Positions 26,536 through 36,356 of a DNA stretch of 62,008 nucleotides are shown piece after piece (within the stretch, counting starts at the first letter, position 1; every line of letters begins with the position of its first letter). The notes below the pieces were generated by a model. That model did not search any database. It was not told the origin of the DNA and saw only the letters and a list, made by a program, of their open reading frames with translations. The stretch is from positions 1 to 62,008 of the forward strand of contig JAOMAZ010000004.1 in assembly GCA_028344335.1 (NCBI GenBank), written 5' to 3'. Source of the DNA: Deltaproteobacteria bacterium (GTDB lineage: Archaea > Thermoplasmatota > Poseidoniia > Poseidoniales > Poseidoniaceae). A program made the position numbers and the translations under genes.

Positions 26536-27714
26536 ATGGTGAGTTTTCCATTGTGGTCCCATGCCTTTCGCTATTTGCTAAAGGATGCTGAGGTTGAAGA
26601 GTGGTCTGGACTCATCGATAACTTTGAGCAGCACTACGGACCTGCAGCAATTGTGGCTGCTGAATTAAATAAGATTAAGATTGTTTTTTCTGTTAATGAT
26701 GATAAGGAAACTCGCGTAATAACACGGAATGAGGTCGAATTGCAAGCCGATGGAAACTTTCAATATGGCTTTAATCTCTTTATCGATTGCCAGGATTCTG
26801 AATCAAAGCTAGCAAACTTAGCAGGGATGGTTGCAGGAGGTTATTGCAACGGCAATCAAATCCCCATTAAAGGCCTAACAGTCAACTGGTTTCATCCCGT
26901 GTTTCCAAAGCCGCCAGCAGGAGTTAGATGCTGTGCCGTATTACTTTGTGGAGGGAAAGGTAGCCGCCTAGCAGAGCAAGGTGTTTCAACGCACAAGCCT
27001 TTGATGCCAATAAATGGCAAACCATCGCTATTTCATGTGGTTGAACAATTACAAAATATGGAATTGGATTTTACTTCAATCATAATTGTTGTACCACCAG
27101 AACGCCTCAAAGAATACAACCTCGCTTTGGAAGGACGAGGGTGTGTAGTTGTTGCACAGCCTGTTGCTCTTGGCACTGGCGATGCTGTTTGGCATGCTCT
27201 ACAACACTTACCTGAAGAAGTAGAACATGTATACGTCTCATTCGGAACACAGCCATTAGTTACTGACAATAGCATCTTAGCATCGCTTGCATTTCACATT
27301 AAAGAAAAATTGGAGTTCACTTTACCAACTACAATCACACCAAATCCCTATGCTCCTTTACTTCGGAGGCCTGATGGGAAAGTCAGCAATTCAGTTGAAA
27401 CTCACCTTGAGGATGTAGAAAAGCCCGAATTCGGTGAAGCAAATGTAGGAGGTTATTGGGCTAGTATGAAGGCTCTAAATGAAATTCTAATTCCCTTACA
27501 GAAAACGAAATGGAATGCTGATTCGGAGACATATATGACATCATCTGGTGAATTTGGCTACCCAAATGAGATGGTTAGGGCCTGTTTAGAAGGAGGTTTT
27601 GGCATAGATGGAGTCCCATGTTCTGAACCACAAGAGATGATCGGTTTGAAGAGAATTGAAGATGTTTCCAAAATAGAACTTGAGTTCGCCCGCCGACAAC
27701 ATAATTTTGATTAA
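26536..27714 (+). CDS. Sugar-phosphate nucleotidyltransferase (GlmU N-terminal-like) with an unknown N-terminal extension
   Basis: LLCGGKGSRL...HKPLMPINGKP, QPVALGTGDAV, EANVGGY; no left-handed beta-helix acetyltransferase domain. Confidence 0.8.
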   Translation: MVSFPLWSHAFRYLLKDAEVEEWSGLIDNFEQHYGPAAIVAAELNKIKIVFSVNDDKETRVITRNEVELQADGNFQYGFNLFIDCQDSESKLANLAGMVAGGYCNGNQIPIKGLTVNWFHPVFPKPPAGVRCCAVLLCGGKGSRLAEQGVSTHKPLMPINGKPSLFHVVEQLQNMELDFTSIIIVVPPERLKEYNLALEGRGCVVVAQPVALGTGDAVWHALQHLPEEVEHVYVSFGTQPLVTDNSILASLAFHIKEKLEFTLPTTITPNPYAPLLRRPDGKVSNSVETHLEDVEKPEFGEANVGGYWASMKALNEILIPLQKTKWNADSETYMTSSGEFGYPNEMVRACLEGGFGIDGVPCSEPQEMIGLKRIEDVSKIELEFARRQHNFD

Positions 27715-27774
27715 ACACTTTTTGCAAATTTTATACGAAATAATGTTAATGAGGAGATACCTGAAGGTGATTAT

Positions 27775-30282
27775 ATGAAAGAGGATATGCTTTCGGGAAA
27801 CTCCAGACGTTTCTGGATTCCAGTCATCGTCATCCTCGCCCTTTGCATCCCCAATTTACTTTCCACCGGCACTTATATTCTGATGGATTCACCAACTCCC
27901 TTGGAGGGACTTGAACCTGCTCCACATGCTGGAGAACCATTGGCTGAAAAGTTTCTTTTCGTGGTGCTTGATGGAGTTCGCAGAGATGTTTTACTGAGCC
28001 CAGAGTACATGCCCAACCTAAACATGAAAAAAGATGGAGGGGCGACCTTATTACTAGAAACTGGGCCTCTGACAATGACTGGTGCTTGTGTACGAGAAAT
28101 CGCCACTGGAGTACAATCTCGACCGAGTGAAGGCTTAGCAAACTTCCATCCCGAGCACCCAGGGACAGAGGATGGTTGGACTATTGCTAGCACATGGGAT
28201 GAAGATGGTGATGGAGATCCAGACCGCCGGTTGGGAATTGTAGGGGACTATGTCTGGGGCGACTTGTATGAGGATAATCTTGCAATAAATTTTACTCAAC
28301 ATTTTCATGGCCATTCTGATTATTACCAAGGAGATGATGAAGCATTTGCTACTTTGACTGATTGGTTGACTGGAAATAGCCCATTGGATCGGGATTTAGA
28401 CTCCATTGTCATGCACCTCTCAGGTACCGACCATGTTAGTCATCGTTATGGCGCAATCGGATCTCCAGAATATCTCGAAAAAATGAATTCAATAGATTCT
28501 GACTTAGGTGATATCTTCGACTTGCTGGGCCCTGAATGGACTGTTGCGGTAACTTCTGACCATGGAGTAACCAACGACGGGAGACATGGGTCACCAGACT
28601 CTGAAATTCGGGAAATTGCTGCGGTTATTTATGGACCAAATATCAAAGTTGGTGCTATGGTTGAAGGGATGAACCAAAGAGACTTGGCAACTTTGCCTAG
28701 TTTGCTTTTCGCTCAGCCTTTATCACATTCAATAAATGGACGAATGCCAGTAGAGATTTTGGATATTAGTCAGACTCAAAAAGATGAGTTGGAGTTATGG
28801 AATTGGCATGCAGCATATGAGCGGAATAAATGGCTTCAAGAAAATGACTGGCCTGCAGTCGATGGCCTTGACAGAGATGTCATTAGTTGGGAATTAATTC
28901 CTGGAGAGGAGATGGGAATAAAATCTGAGAATATGGTTGTCGCACTAATTTCTTTTTTGGCACTAGGAGTATTTGCTTATTGGTGGCTTAGAAAAGAAAA
29001 CACTGACTCCGATTCTATTAAACAAACTTCATTAATTACTGGGGCTATTGGAGCAGGTGCATTATTGATGTATTCATATTATTTTGAAGGCTATCCGTCC
29101 GGTTTGATAACGGTCGTTGGAATCTACTTTTTTATGGCATTCATTGGAACTAGCATTTGGATGTATAGATGTTCAAAAGATGGTAATAATTGGCATCAAA
29201 TGCTTTGGTTGTTTTCTTGTATTTTCTTCATTGCCTATCTTGGCACAAGATTCTCAATGCTCGGTTTCATAGTTTTTGTTTTATGCCTATATAAATTAAT
29301 TAAAAGTAAGAAGTTTGAAAAGATGGAAATAGTTACTTTAGTATCTTTAGCTATAGCATTGATTTTCCCTGTTTTCATGACCCATTACCGCCTGATGGGT
29401 TTCAATCTCCCCCGCAACATGCTATCTAACATGTACCCACATACTTTGGCATTAGCAATTACTGGCAGTATAATGATCGGTTTGGTTTCCTTCTTAGCAA
29501 TATCAATTAGAAACAATGAATTTCAAAAGAAAAATGCTTTCTATGCTTATGCCTATGCGTTCCTTCCTTTACTGATGTACTTCGAATCAAATTATGTTGA
29601 TTGGTTTGTTATGGTATCTCTAGTAGGCGTAGCGGGTATTGGGATTCGCAACTTTTTGCAAGATGGAGAAGATAAATTACGCCTATTGGAATTCTCTGCT
29701 TTAGGATGGTTAACTATCAGTTGGGGAGCCTGGCCCGCTTCCTTCGCTATTCTGATTTTGTGTTGTTCAGAGAGATTGCTTTCTCAGCATGCAGCCAATT
29801 TATTGAAACCGGTTGAATACCGCTTAGCCGAATATTCGAGGATATTGATACTGGCTTTGCTACCAATCGCAGTATGGTTCACGATTTGGTCTGCCATGGG
29901 ACAAATTTCAGGCATTACTCATCCAAGAGAATTAGATCTTGGGAATATTTTCTTGCGCGGTGGCTATATTGGTGATAGATTCTCTCCAAGCAATGAATGG
30001 GTCGCTTTCATGGGATCTGGCCCAGTATTCCTGATTCCTCTTCTCGTTTGGAGAGTTTTTCAACGCCATAATTGGCCTCTTCATCTTACACTCGGAGTTT
30101 GGGCCCTGAGGATAACAGCATTATGGATGACATTATCTTTTGCTGCTAATCAACCACGCACAATTTTCAAAGGCACTTGGGACACGATGTTCTCATTTTT
30201 ATTGCTCTTGACGATGATTCCTTTCATTTACTTCCTTTATCGAGATTCGCAAAATCTCAAGTCTTCTAATGATTCAGCATAG
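27775..30282 (+). CDS. GPI ethanolamine-phosphate transferase-like protein (PIG-O/PIG-G/PIG-N-like; alkaline phosphatase superfamily plus polytopic membrane domain)
   Basis: N-terminal TM; VVLDGVRRD, PLTMTGACVREIATG, HLSGTDHVSHRYG, VTSDHG...GRHG, QRDLATLPSLLFAQP; then more than 10 hydrophobic helices. Confidence 0.8.
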   Translation: MKEDMLSGNSRRFWIPVIVILALCIPNLLSTGTYILMDSPTPLEGLEPAPHAGEPLAEKFLFVVLDGVRRDVLLSPEYMPNLNMKKDGGATLLLETGPLTMTGACVREIATGVQSRPSEGLANFHPEHPGTEDGWTIASTWDEDGDGDPDRRLGIVGDYVWGDLYEDNLAINFTQHFHGHSDYYQGDDEAFATLTDWLTGNSPLDRDLDSIVMHLSGTDHVSHRYGAIGSPEYLEKMNSIDSDLGDIFDLLGPEWTVAVTSDHGVTNDGRHGSPDSEIREIAAVIYGPNIKVGAMVEGMNQRDLATLPSLLFAQPLSHSINGRMPVEILDISQTQKDELELWNWHAAYERNKWLQENDWPAVDGLDRDVISWELIPGEEMGIKSENMVVALISFLALGVFAYWWLRKENTDSDSIKQTSLITGAIGAGALLMYSYYFEGYPSGLITVVGIYFFMAFIGTSIWMYRCSKDGNNWHQMLWLFSCIFFIAYLGTRFSMLGFIVFVLCLYKLIKSKKFEKMEIVTLVSLAIALIFPVFMTHYRLMGFNLPRNMLSNMYPHTLALAITGSIMIGLVSFLAISIRNNEFQKKNAFYAYAYAFLPLLMYFESNYVDWFVMVSLVGVAGIGIRNFLQDGEDKLRLLEFSALGWLTISWGAWPASFAILILCCSERLLSQHAANLLKPVEYRLAEYSRILILALLPIAVWFTIWSAMGQISGITHPRELDLGNIFLRGGYIGDRFSPSNEWVAFMGSGPVFLIPLLVWRVFQRHNWPLHLTLGVWALRITALWMTLSFAANQPRTIFKGTWDTMFSFLLLLTMIPFIYFLYRDSQNLKSSNDSA

Positions 30283-30313
30283 GATTCAATAAACAGAATC
30301 ATTTGAAAGTAGC

Positions 30314-30637
30314 ATGGAGGAACGATTGAGTAAAAAATTGCTCCACGAAAATGTGGAGTTCATTCTGTTCACCACTCGAACATGCCCATTCTGTTCAAAG
30401 GCAAAAGCACTTTTACATCGAAATTCCTTTTCGTGGAAGGAATTTAATGTAGCAAAAACGCGTTCATTATATTCCATGGTAGTTGCACTGACAGGCCATA
30501 AAACGGTTCCATCGATATATGATACACGGACTGAGGAGGCTGTGTTTATAGGTGGAAATGATGAACTTGTGGAATTATTGAAATCTGAATCAAGCCCTCC
30601 ATCTAAAGGGTTCCTTTCCGCATTCAAGAGAGAGTGA
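30314..30637 (+). CDS. Glutaredoxin
   Basis: CPFC active site, TVPSI, FIGGND. Confidence 0.9.
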   Translation: MEERLSKKLLHENVEFILFTTRTCPFCSKAKALLHRNSFSWKEFNVAKTRSLYSMVVALTGHKTVPSIYDTRTEEAVFIGGNDELVELLKSESSPPSKGFLSAFKRE

Positions 30638-30638
30638 T

Positions 30639-31670
30639 TTAGTTTTCACTTGCTTCGCCAACTGCTTTTAGCATTGCTTCGAGAATTCGCATCAAACCAC
30701 GTAGTGTTACTTCACTGACACCCACAACCTCACAAACATCTGCTTGTGTCCTTGGATGGCCCCGTAGGCCTGCTGCTTTGTAGAGTAAGGCACCTGCGAC
30801 TCCAGATGGTCTCTTACCTTGCCACTCTTCCATTTCTCCAATAGTTTTCCAAATATAGCGTGCTTCACCGAGTACTTGTGGGCTTAGTTCGAGGTCGCTA
30901 GCAAACTTGTCCAAGAATTGTTCAGGGCCACTTATTTTGTGTAGACCTAAGTTTCGTGAAACTAAGCGAATTGTTCTGCGTAATTCTTTGAGTGATAGTT
31001 CATCTGACATATCAAAATTCTCAGCAACATCCTCAATTCTTCGGGGTAGATTATTTTCTCGAGCTGTCAAGTAAACGCAGGCTGCTGTTACTCCTCTGAT
31101 AGATCGGCCCATGACCAAATTTTTGGCTATTGCTTTCCGGTAGTATTCAGCTGCTACCTGTTCAAGAGCAGATGGTAATTCGCCTCTATCACGGATGAAT
31201 TTCATTGCTTCGACTAAGTTTCGCTCTCGACTGTTGCGGTTTTTTGAGCGCTCATCTAATCTGACTCTTCTCCTCCAATCTCGTTGGGCACGGCTATTCA
31301 TACCATGTCTTCCGGCTCTCCCGCCCCATAGATCATTGCGGTCAATTACAGTGTTGAGTCCTTTGTCAGCTAAGGCCATGTTTGTTGGTGCTCCAACTCG
31401 ACTTCGGTCATTCCCGTCACCATGGTTAGTCCACTCTGCTCCGGGGTCAGGGATTGCATCTTCTACGACTAATCCACAGGACCCACAGTGGATTTCGCCA
31501 CGTGATGAATCTTCTATCCATTCAACCGCTGCACAGGACTCACAAGGCTCAGTTTGTCCAATTGTCCTCCTTGCTTGGGAAGGTCTTTGAGATGTGAAAA
31601 CACTTTCTCTCTTTTCATTACTTCTTTCCTCCAGTCTCTCGTTCTTATCAGCATTCATCATATCAACCAC
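30639..31670 (-). CDS. tfb: Transcription initiation factor IIB (TFB)
   Basis: Zn ribbon CESC...HCGSCGLV, DPGAEW, RSRVGAP, GRSIRGVTAACVY, RTQADVCEVVGVSEVTLR. Confidence 0.93.
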   Translation of the reverse strand: MVDMMNADKNERLEERSNEKRESVFTSQRPSQARRTIGQTEPCESCAAVEWIEDSSRGEIHCGSCGLVVEDAIPDPGAEWTNHGDGNDRSRVGAPTNMALADKGLNTVIDRNDLWGGRAGRHGMNSRAQRDWRRRVRLDERSKNRNSRERNLVEAMKFIRDRGELPSALEQVAAEYYRKAIAKNLVMGRSIRGVTAACVYLTARENNLPRRIEDVAENFDMSDELSLKELRRTIRLVSRNLGLHKISGPEQFLDKFASDLELSPQVLGEARYIWKTIGEMEEWQGKRPSGVAGALLYKAAGLRGHPRTQADVCEVVGVSEVTLRGLMRILEAMLKAVGEASEN

Positions 31671-31806
31671 TAGTTATACAGTAGATGTTCACACTATTTA
31701 AAGGATGTGTTTTATTGCTTCATACTTTTCCTTCATGGAATCCGATAAATGCAAAAGCCAATGTTCATCATCCTCAAGCGATGGCGAGTATATTGGAATT
31801 GATACC

Positions 31807-33111
31807 ATGCCTGCGACCGTAGTTCTCGGGGCCCAATGGGGCGACGAGGGAAAAGGCAAGTTAGTTGATAGATTAGCAGGCCAGGCAGACTGGGTTGTTC
31901 GCTTCCAGGGTGGCAATAATGCTGGCCATACAGTCGTCTTAGGTGAAAGAACCATCAAGTTACATTTACTGCCGAGTGGGATAACTAGGGAAAGTTGTGA
32001 ATTGGTTCTTGGAGATGGCATGGTTATCGACCCATGGGTGCTGATGGAGGAATTGCAGCGATGGCAATCCGAAACTGGCGAGATGCCACTTGGAACTCGA
32101 CTCCATATAAGCGATAGAGCACATGTGATCTTGCCTTTTCACAGAATGGTAGATGGTTTAGACAAGAAAATTGGTACAACAGGAAGGGGGATTGGTCCAA
32201 CTTATGCTGATAAAATCAACCGTATTGGCCTGCGCTTTGGCGATATTGCTGAATTGCTTGCAGATGAATCTGCCTTGAACGAGATGGCTTCACGCCAAGC
32301 AGATAGACTGCAATACCTAGGCCTTCCATCAGATAGGCATGCTATTTCTTTACGGGATGATATCCAATGGATTCATGATAATTATTCTCAGGCCATCCAA
32401 AATACAGGAGTGATGGTTGATACTGCCCTTTCTACCGGCCAACAAGTGTTGTTAGAAGGCGCTCAAGGTTGTCTACTTGATATCGACCAAGGTACATTCC
32501 CATTCGTTACTTCATCAATTACAAGCCGTGGAAACTCAACTCATGGAGCCGGTGTACATCCTGGCCATGTAGAAGAAACAATTGGGGTCGTGAAGGCTTA
32601 CACAACTAGAGTTGGACATGGGCCTATGCCAACCGAATTATTCGATGAAGTAGGAACACACCTTGGAGAAGTAGGTCATGAGTTTGGTACAACAACCGGC
32701 AGGCCTCGCCGTTGTGGCTGGCTGGACCTCGTTGTCCTGCGCCACTCCCAACGAGTCAACGGATTCTCTAGCCTTGCACTAACTAAATTGGACGTACTTG
32801 GTGGACTTGAGACAATTTCAATTTGCATTGGATATGAATTAGACGGCGTTGAAATTAGGGACATGCCGGCAAGCGCCAAAGCCTTGGCCCGTTGTAAGCC
32901 CATCTTAATCGATCTCCCAGGGTTTGAGGGGCTAAGTTTAGAAAAATGGCTTGAAATTGCCAAACAAGCAGCAATAGACAGGCAAGGTTTTGCAGCACTA
33001 CCTGAAGCGGCACAACATTATATCGCCCATATTGAACAATTGCTTGGAGTACCGGTCTCGTCAGTGGGAATTGGACCAGATAGGGATGCGACTATAGATG
33101 CAACCGATTGA
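31807..33111 (+). CDS. purA: Adenylosuccinate synthetase
   Basis: GAQWGDEGKGK, GGNNAGHT, GTTGRGIGPTY, EGAQG, GTTTGRPRRCGWLD; start MPATVVL at 31807. Confidence 0.97.
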   Translation: MPATVVLGAQWGDEGKGKLVDRLAGQADWVVRFQGGNNAGHTVVLGERTIKLHLLPSGITRESCELVLGDGMVIDPWVLMEELQRWQSETGEMPLGTRLHISDRAHVILPFHRMVDGLDKKIGTTGRGIGPTYADKINRIGLRFGDIAELLADESALNEMASRQADRLQYLGLPSDRHAISLRDDIQWIHDNYSQAIQNTGVMVDTALSTGQQVLLEGAQGCLLDIDQGTFPFVTSSITSRGNSTHGAGVHPGHVEETIGVVKAYTTRVGHGPMPTELFDEVGTHLGEVGHEFGTTTGRPRRCGWLDLVVLRHSQRVNGFSSLALTKLDVLGGLETISICIGYELDGVEIRDMPASAKALARCKPILIDLPGFEGLSLEKWLEIAKQAAIDRQGFAALPEAAQHYIAHIEQLLGVPVSSVGIGPDRDATIDATD

Positions 33112-33141
33112 TTGATGATGAAAAGCAAGGTGGGGATAAAC

Positions 33142-33420
33142 ATGGGATTCAAGTCAAAGGCACGTAAGCACAAAGAAAAGCGCGGAGAATCTACTGATAA
33201 AAAGAGTCGAAACTCAAAGAAAGAGGGTGAGTTATCCTGTGGGATAAAATCCTGTGATGGCTGGGCAGACAAATCGATGGGGGGGCGTTCAATCTCTAAA
33301 ATAGATGCACAAGATATCTTTGGAGGTGGGAGTTTTAACGAAATAAAAAACCGAGTGAAAATATGCAAAACCTGCTACCGTCTGTATAAGAAAGAGACCA
33401 AAGACGATAAAGAGTACTGA
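33142..33420 (+). CDS. Small basic zinc-binding hypothetical protein
   Basis: Lys-rich; CGIKSC ... CKTCY; start MGFKSK at 33142. Confidence 0.75.
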   Translation: MGFKSKARKHKEKRGESTDKKSRNSKKEGELSCGIKSCDGWADKSMGGRSISKIDAQDIFGGGSFNEIKNRVKICKTCYRLYKKETKDDKEY

Positions 33421-33462
33421 TTCACTTTCAGTTAACCCTCTGTAGGAAAACATACAGTACCC

Positions 33463-33951
33463 TTGGCGAAAAAGACCTGTTTCATGTTAAGTTGTGCAAC
33501 CCCACATGGAATAATAGAGTTTGAACACGGAATAATAAACTGGAGGCCTGAAAGAGGACCTTCTCATAGAGTGGAACTTGGTGAAACTATAGTAACAGCT
33601 TGCCTAATACCCAGCCCTCAAGACTCCATCCAAGGCGTTGTAATATTCTCGAAACAAGGCTTGATCATCCATCTCTCTATCCCCTCATTAGTGCCAATCA
33701 GTTCTACTAGAATTGGTGGTTGGTTCCCTGAATCAGCCCAAATTGTCTATTTTCATGGCATCCCATATGTTATCTCAAGTCATGGAAAATCCATAGAAAC
33801 TAGATGCTTAGATGACCTGAAGGGCATAATCTCCACATTAGAATTTCAAAATAAAGTAGATTTACTTTATTTAGATGGAAATACATTAATCGTAATCCAA
33901 GGAATGAATACTGCGGAAATTCAAATCCAAGACATCATTCCTCTTCCCTAA
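33463..33951 (+). CDS. Hypothetical protein
   Basis: 162-aa ORF filling the gap between genes; no recognised motif; start uncertain. Confidence 0.5.
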   Translation: MAKKTCFMLSCATPHGIIEFEHGIINWRPERGPSHRVELGETIVTACLIPSPQDSIQGVVIFSKQGLIIHLSIPSLVPISSTRIGGWFPESAQIVYFHGIPYVISSHGKSIETRCLDDLKGIISTLEFQNKVDLLYLDGNTLIVIQGMNTAEIQIQDIIPLP

Positions 33952-34702
33952 TCTGCTTCCATGATGTTCGGGGGGTTAGGTAGTTTGCAGTTTGGGCTGG
34001 TCTTTGCCAATGGGCTGGAACATCCCCCCCTGCTTCGATACATTGTTCAAAAAATGCAAGATGTTGTTGCAAAACTTTGCGGATTTCGGATTTCCCACTA
34101 ATTGCTTCACCAAACCCAGGAATCAGCATTTCAAGTTCAAGTTCAAGAAGCAACTCAACACTATCAGCCAAATCAGGAAGACAACCTCCCATCATGTCCC
34201 AGCGGGATGGTTTGTCCAACATCGGAATAACTGAGCCAACTGCTGCAATTTTCTTCTCTGGTAACCAATATCCCATACCATCTTGGGAATGTCCAGGCAA
34301 AGCAATGGCTTCAACTTGGCAATCTCCCAAGTCCCATATTTGTGAATCAATCACTGCTTCAGTTGATGTTTTTGGCATTTCAGAATCAAACCGGCGAGCG
34401 CCAGTAGATGCAAAGTCTCCCATCGACAAGGCCGATGCTGCAGAGGGTTCTATATGAATCGGGATGCCAGAGAATTGTTCTGAAATAAATGCTGCCCCAC
34501 CACAATGATTGAATCTACGGCTGGTCAATAGAATTGCACTTGGGGCACTTTCTTCCCCTAATTGACCGATAACACGTTCATGAATGAGTAATTGGTACCA
34601 AGATGTTCCGACATCGACCATCAATGTTGAATCCTTACCAATAATCAAAGTACAGTTGGCATCATGGTGAATGCCAGGTAAGCGGATGACTCGCATCAAC
34701 AT
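33935..34702 (-). CDS. MBL-fold metallo-hydrolase-like protein with degenerate metal-binding motif
   Basis: NCTLI, MVDVGT, LLTSRRFNHCGG (in place of THxHxDH), LPGHSQD, LIPGFG (in place of PGHG). Confidence 0.8.
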   Translation of the reverse strand: MLMRVIRLPGIHHDANCTLIIGKDSTLMVDVGTSWYQLLIHERVIGQLGEESAPSAILLTSRRFNHCGGAAFISEQFSGIPIHIEPSAASALSMGDFASTGARRFDSEMPKTSTEAVIDSQIWDLGDCQVEAIALPGHSQDGMGYWLPEKKIAAVGSVIPMLDKPSRWDMMGGCLPDLADSVELLLELELEMLIPGFGEAISGKSEIRKVLQQHLAFFEQCIEAGGDVPAHWQRPAQTANYLTPRTSWKQIREEE

Positions 34703-34788
34703 GAGGCTAGACGAAGGAGTTATTCTGTTTATTGAATGAAAGTGAGGGAGCCGGTGTGATTAAAGAGGGAGAGCAGGTCGGCGGGCTC

Positions 34789-34938
34789 ATGGCACGCTTT
34801 CCAGAAGCAGAGGTTCGCCTCCTTCACAAAAAGATATGCATGCGCTGTAATGCTCGCAACGCTGTGAGGGCTGTTGCTTGCCGACGTTGCAGCTACAAGG
34901 GCCTTCGCCCTAAGAATATTGAGCGAAAAGGAATCTGA
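34789..34938 (+). CDS. rpl40e: 50S ribosomal protein L40e
   Basis: [42 protein letters not shown]. Confidence 0.95.
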   Translation: MARFPEAEVRLLHKKICMRCNARNAVRAVACRRCSYKGLRPKNIERKGI

Positions 34939-34988
34939 TTCCCTTTCCTCTTGTTTCATTATTCACTTACTACAGTGTGTTCATGGGT

Positions 34989-35978
34989 TCATCCCAACAG
35001 AGCGAAAGCCAAAGCGACTGGATCACCGAATAAAAACAATGGAATTATCGCAGGAAAAAGCATTGTAATTAATGGAATCTTTGGACTGACCCAAGCGGAT
35101 ACGGCACCCTGCTCAATCAATGCATCTACTTGTTCTGCCAACTCCTCCGCACTTGGTGTTCGGCGGGGCGCTCTTGTTTGGCTCTTGATTCCAGCACTGC
35201 CATCGGGTTTTTCTATAACTTGGTCCATCAACCATACATGTTTTTCTTGAACCATATCTAATGGCATTCGTATCGAATGCCAAGCCATTCGTAAATCTTT
35301 GAGGCTTTTCAAATTACTTTTCTTAAGATTAAGTGCTAATAAAATTAAAGGAAGTAATAGGAATGCAATCCCTCCCCAAATAAACAATGAAAAGACAGGA
35401 GGTGTGCTAATTACTACCTCGCTAGGTTGGAAAATCGGTGCCAAGGTAGACCAACTTGGGATTAATAATGCCACCCACATCAAGGCCTTTGCATCTGCTC
35501 CTCCATGCAATAAGCGAAGACGCCATGCGAATTCAAACACAATAACCATAGCAAATGCAAGCATGACTTCAAACCAAAGAATTCTCTGTTCAGAAGCCGA
35601 ACCGTCTAGCAAAGTGAGGGCATCTCCAGGTGCATACTTGATAGCCCCTAATATCACTCCAGCAGCACCAATAAGATAACAGAAAGCAACTGCAACATCC
35701 ATCTTTTCTCCTTTTAGAATTGAGGGTATAGTAGGTCTACCAATCACAGAAACTGAAGCAAAGGAAAGAGCCGCAAGAGCACTGGCCCAGATTGTCCAAT
35801 CTGCCCCTTTAATCATTAATTCTAATCCCCAAATAAATATCAACGGCTTAGACCAAGCAATCCAATGCTCATTCGGGATGCGCCTATCTCGATTATCGAG
35901 CCAAGCTCCAATAGCGAAGCAAACGGCTAGTGAAAACCACCTTGCATAGCCTAGAATTTCCAATGTATCCTCTACCAT
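34989..35978 (-). CDS. Prepilin/preflagellin peptidase (A24 family, PibD/FlaK-like)
   Basis: AWLDNRDRRIPNEHW, HGGADAKALM, WVSPKIPLI; polytopic membrane protein. Confidence 0.85.
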   Translation of the reverse strand: MVEDTLEILGYARWFSLAVCFAIGAWLDNRDRRIPNEHWIAWSKPLIFIWGLELMIKGADWTIWASALAALSFASVSVIGRPTIPSILKGEKMDVAVAFCYLIGAAGVILGAIKYAPGDALTLLDGSASEQRILWFEVMLAFAMVIVFEFAWRLRLLHGGADAKALMWVALLIPSWSTLAPIFQPSEVVISTPPVFSLFIWGGIAFLLLPLILLALNLKKSNLKSLKDLRMAWHSIRMPLDMVQEKHVWLMDQVIEKPDGSAGIKSQTRAPRRTPSAEELAEQVDALIEQGAVSAWVSPKIPLITMLFPAIIPLFLFGDPVALAFALLG

Positions 35979-36055
35979 TAGCAGTCCGTGGTAGCAATTG
36001 CCTTAAATCACAAATGGTCGCAGCCGGCCTTGTAGGAGATAATAGGTGATGAATC

Positions 36056-36328
36056 ATGTCTGCCGATATCGAAGTAAAACTCCAGCAAGTCGCGACGGTG
36101 ATTAACCAATTAGATGACCCTAAAGTGCCTCGTAATATTCGAAAAGGTGCAAAGGACTCCGTCGAACAATGGTTGTTAAACAAGGCTAAGCAACTCGATG
36201 TACGAATTGCAATTACTCAAAATAAACTTGAGGAATTATACGAAGACCCTAACATTCCCCCGGAATTTGGAACCTTAATCCTTCAGATTAACACTGCACT
36301 TGAGCAAATGTTGGCTGACGCACTTTGA
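36056..36328 (+). CDS. UPF0147 family protein
   Basis: DPKVPRNIRKGA ... EDPNIP; GGTGA SD upstream. Confidence 0.85.
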   Translation: MSADIEVKLQQVATVINQLDDPKVPRNIRKGAKDSVEQWLLNKAKQLDVRIAITQNKLEELYEDPNIPPEFGTLILQINTALEQMLADAL

Positions 36329-36356
36329 ATTGAATAGTCAATTTGCCTAAACGGGC

